From NCBI RefSeq assembly GCF_006345805.1, contig NC_043009.1, positions 49,104,001 through 49,168,000 on the forward strand: a DNA stretch of 64,000 bases. Direction: 5' to 3'. The notes beneath the pieces were generated by a model. The model was not told the DNA's origin, made no database searches, and saw nothing but the letters and a program-made list of their open reading frames with translations. Positions 53,185 through 64,000 of the stretch are shown piece after piece. Position 1 is the stretch's first letter, and each line of letters begins with the position of its first letter. A program made the translations under genes and the position numbers. The stretch comes from Octopus sinensis. Taxonomy: Eukaryota.

Positions 53185-53570
53185 AGATAGGCGCAGGAGT
53201 GGCTGTGTGGTAAGTAGCTTGCTTACCAACCACATGGCACCTTAGGCAAGTGTCTTCTACTATAGCCTCGGGCCGACCAAAGCCTTGTGAGTGGATTTGG
53301 TAGAATGAAACTGAAATAAGCCCGTCGTATATGTGTCTCTGTGTATGTGTGTCTCTGTGTCTGTGTGTCTCTGTTTGTCCTCCACCATCACTTGACAACC
53401 GATGTTGGTGTGTTCACGTCCCCGTAACTTAGCGATACGGCAAAAGACATTTATAGAATAAATATTAGGCTTACAAAGAATAAGTCCTGTGGTCGATTTG
53501 CACGACTAGAGGCGGTGCTCCAGCATGGCAGCACTCAGATGACTAAAACAAATAAAGGAATAAAAATAAA
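53185..53570 (+). mobile_element. SINE family A followed by an (AGAC)/(AGAT)n block to ~53740
   Basis: Head TAGGCGCAGGAGTGGCTGTGTGG with the B-box segment deleted; complete tail. Confidence 0.85.
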
Positions 53571-53590
53571 GATAGAGAGAGAGAGAGACT

Positions 53591-53632
<42 letters not shown>

Positions 53633-53641
53633 TAGACAGAC

Positions 53642-53719
<78 letters not shown>

Positions 53720-54266
53720 GCAGACAGACAGACAGATATTCTTCGTGACCCCAAAAAACTTACGCAAACAGAAATATTCACAGTGAAAATGTCACCTCTT
53801 ACACCGTAAGTGATTATAGTGGAGCGTACACAAACGCTAGCGTACAAAAACACACCCCTAATAATATAATATATTGTAAGTGTCTGCATAAGTGTATGCC
53901 TAAGTGTTTGTATAAGTGTGCCTAAGTGTGTGTTTATATCTGCCGTGATTGCAGTTCTTCAAATGGTTAATTACTTCGGGCATCGCGAAAACGGTGAGAA
54001 GCCGAGTTGTTTAAGATGAAAAGTGCAGAGTTTTAATTCATATGAGTAAAATAACGGACCGTATACCGAAATTAGTTCTTTATACTTTACGTTTCCATTA
54101 ATTAGTTACAAAACCTCGTAACCTGAGGTGACCGTAACGCGAGGGATGACTATATATATATAACTATATGTATATATGTATGTGTGTGTGTGTGTGTGTG
54201 TGTGCATGTGTGCTATATAATATATACATATATATGAACTAAATAACCGCATTGTTATTGTTGTTG

Positions 54267-54317
<51 letters not shown>

Positions 54318-54497
54318 TATTATTATTATTATCATTATTATTATTATTATTACATCTATATGTAAAACATACCTAAATAAACTTCTAAGGCTGCTTCCAG
54401 TTTTTGGAACTGTGACCATTCTCTTCAAGCGGCAAGCATTGTAAGTGTGTGTGTGTGTGGTGTGTGTGTGTGCGTGTGTGCGTGTGTGTGTGTGTGC

Positions 54498-54543
<46 letters not shown>

Positions 54544-54949
54544 TTGTGTGTGCGTTTCTTCCAACGCCTATCCACATCCGCCGCAAGCTCATTCAACATT
54601 CTCATCACAACCAGCCTACAACACCACAACCACCACCACCACCACCTCGACCAGCTACAACAACAACAACGACAACATCTACAACCACAACATAGATTCT
54701 TTCTTTGTACGTTGCACTTCACTGTTATTCGCGATTTTTATCTCTAAGATGTTTCCAATTCCTCGCGACGACATTTTTGATGTCCTGTAATCTTGGAAAA
54801 TGGAAGAAAGCAAGGAAGAAATAAAGATAATAAAGAGGAGGGCTTTGAAGCGAGTTCATTGAGGTCAAAGACAGAGCGATAGAGAGATACAAAGAGTAAG
54901 TTTAAACCTCTCTCAAATACTATAAAAGAGTCTCCCGTGTCGGTATGTA

Positions 54950-55050
54950 TTTGTGTTACGCGATATGTATATGCACGTCCGCGCGAGAGCGGGTGTGTGT
55001 GTACATGTGGGTATGTGAGTTTTTAAGTGCACACGCACATACATATATAC

Positions 55051-55084
<34 letters not shown>

Positions 55085-55287
55085 ATATAAACATATATAT
55101 ATATATATATATATACGTGTATGTGTGTATCTATACACGTATACTATGTATTTATATATATATATACAAGATATGTATAGATGTAGCTATGTAATATATA
55201 TAGTTTTATGTATACAATATTTATCACATGTATATATATATATATATATACCAATATATGTATATAATTAAAGATACATATACACAG

Positions 55288-55376
<89 letters not shown>

Positions 55377-55554
55377 ATTATATATATATTCAGATACACT
55401 ACTTCATATGCACATAACACTGTATTAGGATATATATTATATATATATATTATATAGATATGCATGTATATATATATATATATATACAATATGTAATACA
55501 TTTATGTATATAATACATTTGTATATATATAATATACATATATGTATGCAATAT

Positions 55555-55592
<38 letters not shown>

Positions 55593-56461
55593 TTAAATCA
55601 ATGTGTCCAACATTATGTGCATATATATATTTATGATGTGTGTATATATATAATATGTAATATATATATATACACCCCAAACACAATATATATATATATA
55701 TATATATACACAAATACACACACGTATATAAACATTCATATATACACATGTGTTCTTCTCAGTGTGTGTGTGTGTTTGTATGTATGTGTGTGTCCGTGTG
55801 TGTCTTTGTACGCTGAATATTACACATATATCTGTGCTGGGCTAATATATAACCTCCCTATATCTACCATGCGCACGTCGATACAATCTTGTGCGGTTTC
55901 GTTGTGTAACACGTGTGACTATGTAATTATGACTTCTTGTGTGTTATACTGCTTTCGCAAGCATGTGGGTGTAGGTTACTCCAAATCGCTGCGTATACTT
56001 TGTGCATGTGTACGGTATGCATATATATGCTATAGCGCAGGAGTGGCTGAGTGTAAGTAGCTTCTAACCAACCACATGGTGGGTTCAGTCCCACTGCGTG
56101 CTCTTGGGCAAGTGTCCTTCTGCAGAGCCCCGGACCGACCATGCCCTGTGATTGTATTTGTAGACGAAACTGAAAGAAGCTGTCGTATATATGTATGTAC
56201 GTGTGTGTGTCTGTGTTTGTGTGTCTGTGTTTGTCCCCCTAGCATTGCTTGCAACCGATGCTGGTGTGTTACGTCCCCGTCACTTAGCGATTCGACAAAG
56301 AGACCGATAGAATAAGTACTGGGCTTACAAAGAATAATTCCCGTCTATTTACTCGACTAAGGCGTATGACTTCAGCATGGTGGCCGCATGTCCAAATGAC
56401 TGAAACAAGTAAAAAGAGCAAAAGAGTATATACATATATATATATATAATTATATATATAT

Positions 56462-56538
<77 letters not shown>

Positions 56539-56843
56539 ATGGAATCCTGTGTTTTTTACGTACCCACCCACACGCAGCATATTATCAAGTACTATGAATT
56601 ATAAATGGGGATTATATATATTAATATTATATGATACGCATATACACATTCACAAAAGCCCATACGTGATGATAGTCATTCAGCCATACATATAAGTATT
56701 TGCAAGATGGCGTGTATGGACGCGTATGCATGCATCCATTTCTATAATTATGTCATTATATGCATACATGGCTTACACACACACATGCACACAGACATAC
56801 ACATATGCGCACACACGTTCGCTCTTCGTATATATGGGTAAGT

Positions 56844-56885
<42 letters not shown>

Positions 56886-57053
56886 TTATATGTATATTAT
56901 GTATATTACATACATAAATATATACATATATATACAATATATAATATATACACATATATATACACTCATATATATATAGATATTTACACACATACATATA
57001 TACTATTAATGCTATATATATAATCCATATACATATATGCATATATATATATA

Positions 57054-57090
<37 letters not shown>

Positions 57091-57341
57091 TATATACCAA
57101 TATATACATACACACATATATATAACATGCATAGTATATCTATATATATACGTACACATATATATATACACATACACTCACACACTCACAAACATACACA
57201 CACATACATACACGACAGGAACGTTAAGTGTACTTATATATGAGACACAGACACGTGTGTATTATATATATATATATATATGGATGGATGGATGGATGGA
57301 CGAATGTATGTATATATCTATGTGCGTGCATGTATATATAC

Positions 57342-57381
<40 letters not shown>

Positions 57382-57545
57382 ATGTGTGTGTATATTCCTA
57401 CATATGAAAATCAATGTCAATATGTACACGTAACTATGCAACTGAGTATATGCGTGTTTCTGTGTGTGTGTATGTATGTATCTGTATGTGTGTGTGTATG
57501 TGTGTGTGTGTGTGTATATGTATGTATGTGTGTGTGTGTTTGTCT
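54950..57545. repeat. Large (TA)n/(CA)n/(TG)n low-complexity region containing a SINE A copy at 56030-56430
   Basis: Direct reading. Confidence 0.9.
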
Positions 57546-58539
57546 GTGTTTCTGCCTGATGTACGTTCTTAGGACAAGGCTTTTGATGTCTGTCTGTGGA
57601 AGGTCTCTGTAAGCATGGGAATGTCTTCGTTCTTTCATCAACTAATTCCACAGCTCCGGCAAAATTAAACACCCACTTCCTGCCAGCTTTGCTTTGTTTC
57701 CTCTCCCTTTTTCATCTTCTATTTACTTCACACCCACCCACCCACCTCACACACGTACACCTTCATCCACATGTCACTCCTCTGTTTTCTTCTTTCTCTC
57801 TCTCTCTCTCTTTCTCTCTTTCTGTCTTTTTGTCCTTGATAATCTTTGCTACTCTACAACTCTCTCTCTCTCAACCTCATTCCTTCCGTAGATCTCCAGC
57901 AATCTCTGCACCTCCCTTAGAAACCCCTATGCATTTCTCCCGCTTTTTACTCTCTCCCCTTCTCTATTTCTTCCCTCCCCTTCTCTCTCTCCACCTTGTT
58001 TCTTTCTTCTCTCAATCTCTTTTTCCAATCTCTGCATATATATATATATGTATGTAAATTTGTGTGTGTGTATGCGTGCATGCATGTGTGTATATACGTA
58101 TATCTACATATATACGCATATATATATATATACGCATATATAAAATAAATATAAGAGAGTGGTCACTATATGGCTCACTCTAGCACCAGTTAATCCAAAA
58201 GGTTTCAACCACTAAAAATACATGTTTCCCATGAAAGTCAGTACGATTGTTAGCTCACACGGACAGGGCAAATAAAAAATAACAAAATACAGATTATTTT
58301 GGGACAATTGTTTCGCTATAATGAATTAAATGTAATTTTACTTACAAAAAATCACTTGTAGCTCATCGGCCAAAACTATCTGGATGAAATCCACTCAATC
58401 ACACGCCAGATTTTACCATAACGATAAATACGCGTGTGGTTCAATTGATTACATCCGACGTATAATTCAAATGCCCCAACTAACAGCGCGCCAAACTTTC
58501 ACGGAAAACAAAAAATGCTGCATTTATTAATTAATACGC

Positions 58540-58584
<45 letters not shown>

Positions 58585-58587
58585 CGT

Positions 58588-58962
58588 ATGTGTGGTAAGT
58601 AGCTTGCTTACCAACCAATGGTTCCGGGTTCAGTCCCACTGCATGGCACCTTGGGCAAGTGTCTTCTACTATAACCTCGGGGCGACCAAAGCCTTGTGAG
58701 CGGATTTGGTAGACGGAAACTGAAAGAACCCTTTCGTATATATGTATATATATATGTATGTGTGTGTATAAGTTTGTGTGTCTGTGTTTGTACCCCCAGC
58801 ATCGCTTAACAACCGATGCTGGTGTATTTACGTCCCCGTACCGATAGAATAAGTACTAAGCTTACAAAGAATAAGTCCTGGGTCGATTTGCTCGACTAAA
58901 GGCAGTGCTCCAACATGGCTACGGTCAAATGAGTGAAACAAGTAAAAGAGTAAAATAAAAGA
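58588..58962 (+). mobile_element. SINE family A
   Basis: TGTGTGGTAAGTAGCTTGCTTACCAACC...GGGTTCAGTCCC, internal (TA)(TG), tail. Confidence 0.9.
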
Positions 58963-58987
58963 ATATATATATATATACATATATATA

Positions 58988-59794
58988 TAACGTACAGTGT
59001 ACATTTAAACACATAAGGTATCCACTTGTGAGATTCAACACGCTAGAAAGAACAGCTAGATTCTATAACCACAAAAATTAGGGATAAAAGTCGACAGGAA
59101 CGAAACGAAAAAATATAAACATTTTACCATCAAGTTTGCTGGACTAATTGGTTTCTGATTTTAGTTTAGCAAGTAAATAACATTTACACGCAAGGTGAAA
59201 TCATCTTTAACAGGTACACTTTGGGTTAAATATATAAACACGAGGCGATCAAACAATGTGCCTGGTGTTTATACATCCTGATTTTTTTTTTCAAAATCTA
59301 CTGCGCAGACGCAGCCCTTCGCCGGCAATAAAAAAATGTCAACTTTTAAAAACCGAAAATTATCCAAAGACTTACGATACTTAATCATATCAAAGGGAAA
59401 TGGAAATTAATTAAAATTTTCATTTCCAGTGGCCTAACGTGTAAAAATTTAGTCCAAAAACTATGTATTAGTCATAACATACAGTGTACATTTAAACACA
59501 TAATGAATTCACTCGTGGGATTCAACACGCTAGAAAGAACAGCTAGGTTCTATAACCACAAAAATTAGGGATAAAAGTCGACAGGAACGAAATGAAAAAA
59601 TATAAACATTTTACCATCAAGTTTCCTTGACCAATCGGTTTCTGATTTTAGTTTAGCAAGTAAATAACATTTATTCGCGAAGTGAAATTCGTCTTCAACA
59701 GGTACACCTTGGGTTAAATATATAAACGCGAAGCGATCAAACTATGTGCCTCGTGTTTATACATCCTGATTTTTTTCAAAATTTACTGAGCAGA
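58988..59794 (+). repeat. Direct duplication of a ~320-bp unique segment, period 487 bp
   Basis: Copy 1 at 58988-59309 and copy 2 at 59475-59794, both beginning TAAC(G/A)TACAGTGTACATTTAAACACATAA. Confidence 0.95.
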
Positions 59795-60167
59795 TTTGGA
59801 CTGGCAATAGCGTTGCATTTATACTTATCACTGCTTAGCGCTCCTACTCCGTAATAAGGAACCGTAGCAATATTGGTGGCCGTGTGCCAATGGCTGCAAC
59901 TGGTTAAAAAAAAAAAAAAGAATATGTATACCTATGCGAGTAAAAAGGTAAGTTCTGTTTCGACGCTGCAGGACTATTTGGTCGAAGCTCATCCTGGGTT
60001 TTTTATGGCGTTGTGGCAACAGAAAGACCTAGAGTGGCCCCTGAGCGAGATGCCATGCTGTCGTAGAATTAATTCCTCAAGAATTACTAATACATGAAAT
60101 ATAGGACACAATATCCATACGCGGTCTGAGAGGGGAACCCAAAACCTGAGGACCGCGCGTCAAATCA

Positions 60168-60267
60168 NNNNNNNNNNNNNNNNNNNNNNNNNNNNNNNNN
60201 NNNNNNNNNNNNNNNNNNNNNNNNNNNNNNNNNNNNNNNNNNNNNNNNNNNNNNNNNNNNNNNNNNN
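60168..60267. other. Assembly gap (100 N)
   Basis: Exactly 100 N, typical of a scaffold join of unknown size. Confidence 0.99.
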
Positions 60268-60990
60268 AAGAAAGTCAAAAAGTTTAGAAGAAAGAAAGTC
60301 AATAGTTCAAAAACAAGCAAAAAAAAATTCCGGCCACTAGGTACTCCCGGCCAAGGTCGAACCTGGAACACCACAACTGGAACACAACTTCCACAAAAAC
60401 TGGTATACAAGTCGTTCAATCTTCGGAGCAAAGGTACTCCCCAAAACAGCAATTCTCACAATTATTTTAAAATTCCAAAAAAGTAAACAAAGTTTTAGGA
60501 GGCACAATACACCCCCAAGCAACAGTTCTCACAATTAAGAGAGAGAAAAATATTCACTTAACGTAAACCACTAACTTGGAAGCAGGATACGCCCCAAACA
60601 AAAATTCTCAGAATTAAGTAAGAAAAAATATTTACTCCACTGCAGGCAGACTAGAGCTTAGAATCCAGTGAGGATTTCTTGCTGTACAAAAAAAAATTAT
60701 TACCGCAAACAACAACCCCCACTGGACCCAAAAAACAAGAGTCTTACCTTACAGCGGTCTTTATGTTCTGGGCTCAAATCCCACGGAGGTTGACATTACC
60801 CTTCATCTTTCAAGGGTCTATAAAATAAGTATCAGCTGAGCACGGAGATCGATGTAAAATGGTGGAGAAGTAACTTTACTGGTACTATTTTCACCAAAAA
60901 CAGGATTTGAACTCGGAACGTAAAAAGCCGAAACAAACTCCAAGAAGCAGGTTCTCCGATGCTCTAACGATCCTCTCAGCTCACACTTAA

Positions 60991-61127
60991 CCCTTCGAGC
61001 CTGTAACACCGGTTTACCGGTAGATGGCTCAGTTTTTCTCTATACCATAGCACCGCTCTACCGGTGGAGTGTATCTGGAAGCCAGGTTTATGGTCAAATA
61101 AGGTTCAGGAGGTCAGGGCTCAAAGGG
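60991..61127. mobile_element. piggyBac-like MITE
   Basis: TTAA|CCCTTCGAGCC ... GGCTCAAAGGG|TTAA: TTAA target duplication with CCC-starting TIRs. Confidence 0.75.
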
Positions 61128-61609
61128 TTAATGATAGTTCTGTAATTTTGGTACAAAACCATCAATTTTAACAGGAGAGGGTTAGTTCTTGTTTGGCGAT
61201 TTGTTTTATCAACCTGGAATAAATGAAAAGCAAATTTGGATTCAGCTTGATTTCAACACTTAACATAAAATAGCGGAGTTAATGACCGCAAGGCATTTTG
61301 CCCGACGCTTTAGCGATTCTGCTTACAAAGAAAATATTTTCGTGCCGCGTTTACTTAAAGAACTCAATCAATTTGTATAAAGATAAATTAATGAAATGAA
61401 TAAAATAAAATAAAATAAAATAAAGGCATTAGACAGAAAAAGAAAACAAAATAAAACCTATTTAATAGGAGTTTCGTTGGTGGTTTGATGAGATAACGAT
61501 GTTTTAATCTAATACAGCATTAATTTACGACTTAATCCTAACTCGGTTTTATTAAGCTTCTGAAGACAAGGTACTTTTGTGTTGTGGCGAATATTACAAA
61601 ATCAGACGA

Positions 61610-61756
61610 AAAATAAATAATAAATAAATAATAATAATAATAATAATAAAAAATAATAATAATAATAATAATAAATTAATAATAAAATAATTAATATAAC
61701 AACAACAACAACAACCAACAACAACGACGATGATAATAATAATAATAAGAATAATA

Positions 61757-61795
<39 letters not shown>

Positions 61796-61828
61796 TAGTA
61801 TAGTAATAGTAAAAAATAATTAATAATA

Positions 61829-61877
<49 letters not shown>

Positions 61878-62186
61878 TAGAAAAGAGCAGGGTGAACAAC
61901 AAACAATAACAATAAACAGTAAAAACTCAGTAAATATTACTATTCCTTTCTTTTCTCTCTCTCTCCCTCTCGCTCTCTCTCTCCCTTTCATTTTCTTTTC
62001 CTGCTCACATTCGTTTTTTTTCCTTTTAAGGTTCTTTTTTAGTGTGTGTGGTGTTTATTCTTTTCTTTCGTTAAATTGTATAAAAAAATAATAATGAATG
62101 AAGAAACGCAAAAAAAAAAAAAACAAACTAAATAAGTACACACAGAGAAATATATATAGTACATACATACATACATACATACATAT

Positions 62187-62217
<31 letters not shown>

Positions 62218-62334
62218 ATGTATATATATATGATTATATATATAGAGGGTATAAGCCGCTATTATATATATATGGATATGTATATAAATGAATATATATA
62301 TATATATATAGAATAGTATGGGTCTCTGATGTAC

Positions 62335-62376
<42 letters not shown>

Positions 62377-62474
62377 TATATATAATATATATATATAGTA
62401 TGTATGAGGATCTATATGTTTACGTATATATATATATATATATATTATTATATATGTGTGTATATATATATATA

Positions 62475-62508
<34 letters not shown>

Positions 62509-62764
62509 TATGAGATATATTAATATGTATATATATGAATATACATATATATTGGATATGGATATATTATATATGAGTATATATATATATGTCTGTATGT
62601 CTGTATGGGTCTTTGTGTGACGTGTATATATATATAGATATATATATATTATATATATATATAAATAAACATATACATATATATACATATAACACAACAC
62701 ATATATATACATAATACATACACCAAACACACAAACACACACACACACCACACACACCATAAAC

Positions 62765-62806
<42 letters not shown>

Positions 62807-63270
62807 ACTGCTCTTACTCTTTTCTTCTGAAGTCACGTTTTTTTTGTATATTTATTTCATGTTAATCTTACTTCACTCCCTCTCTCGCTCTTTTCTCCTT
62901 TCTCTATCTCACTCTCGCTTTCTTTCTTACTCTCTTTCTCTATCTTCCTCTCTCTTTAATTCTCTCCCTTCCTTTCTCTCTTCCACTCTATGTTTTTTTT
63001 TGTCTGTCGGGTTCTTTTCTTTTTGTGTATATTTTGTTGTTATTTTTTCAATTTGTTTTTAGGGGGTGGAGGCAGGGAGCGGGGAATGATGTTTATTTTT
63101 GTTTTCGTTTTTTTTTTTTTGTAAATTTTTACCAATATCGAAATTAGATGAGATTAAAAAAAATGCAGTGAAGATAATGATGATAGCGATGATAATGATG
63201 ATAATGATGATAATGAGGATAAAGATGATTGTGATGATAACGATGACGGCGATGCAGCTGCGGCTGCTAT

Positions 63271-63307
<37 letters not shown>

Positions 63308-63349
63308 TGATGATGATGAGGTTGATGATGATGATGATGATGATGAGGT

Positions 63350-63386
<37 letters not shown>

Positions 63387-63600
63387 GATGATGATGATGA
63401 TGATGATGATGGGGCTGTTGCTACTGCTGCTTTTGACGATGATAATAATGATGTTGATGACGATGATGATGATGACGACGACGACGATGATCACGACGGT
63501 GGCAGCGGCGGCAGCAGCGTCGGTGGCGACGTCTGCGACGACGGCGGCGGGACGACGACGACGACGACGACAACGACGCCGATGACGATGATGATGATGG
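61610..63600. repeat. (AAT)n, (TA)n, (CT)n and (GAT/GAC)n fields
   Basis: Direct reading. Confidence 0.9.
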
Positions 63601-63842
63601 CAACAAGAGTTATATGAATAACAAAACTTCCGTTGATTAAACAATAAAACGTAATTTATAAAAAAAAAGAAAAGAAAGAGAAAAGATAAAGTAAATAAAA
63701 CAATACATGCAAAACTAAACAAACAGTAAACCAACACCTAACAAAATGACGCATGCGCACACACCTATACACATACAATCTCTTATATACACACAGACAT
63801 TGGCATGTATACACACATATGTGTGAACAAAATATATATATA

Positions 63843-63940
63843 TAGGCGCAGGCGTGGCTGTGTGATAAGAAGCTGGCTTCCCAAGCATACGGTTCTGGGT
63901 TCAGTACTACTGCGTGGCACCTTGGGCAAGTGTCTTTGTC
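63843..63940 (+). mobile_element. SINE family A, 5' part
   Basis: TAGGCGCAGGCGTGGCTGTGTG...GGGTTCAGTAC...CTTGGGCAAGTGTC. Confidence 0.8.
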
Positions 63941-64000
63941 CTCATCTTGTTTGCTGTTAAAATAACGTTTCGGCTGATGTACTCTCTAGCCTTCACCAGA

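Noticed and set aside
59920-59955. Perfect donor AAG|GTAAGT at ~59948
   Set aside because: Upstream is a poly-A run with no acceptor; adjacent to a contig end; insufficient support
60730-61330. Highly divergent SINE copies after the gap as a new family
   Set aside because: They align by eye to family C2; the extra divergence may reflect age or contig-end sequencing error

Overview
Eukaryotic, AT-rich, extremely microsatellite-rich DNA, most consistent with an octopus (coleoid cephalopod) intron or gene desert. The organism call is an inference from the tRNA-derived SINE families and repeat landscape and was not verified by search. I found no recognisable host protein-coding gene; nearly all ORFs in the track are read-throughs of simple repeats or SINEs. 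The window holds large di-, tri- and tetranucleotide fields and dozens of tRNA-derived SINEs in about five families (my labels A, B, C, C2, D, plus head/tail chimeras). Decayed retroelements include a Penelope-like element (Naiad/Chlamys type, GLYRDD), two RTE LINE fragments, an RTE 5'+3' deletion derivative, a Tx1/L1 3' end with a CCHC knuckle and an R4/Dong REL-endonuclease 3' end. DNA-transposon relics include mariner, Tigger/pogo, hAT, piggyBac-like, Helentron-like and two palindromic MITEs. A 100-N scaffold gap lies at 60168-60267. The most notable unexplained structures are two ancient degenerate minisatellites: a ~33-bp array with 12 TCF/LEF-type motifs (41850-42575) and a strict 20-bp array (34930-35346). 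Also notable are a full 2x2 set of SINE head/tail swaps and a co-oriented retroposon train at 36093-38700.
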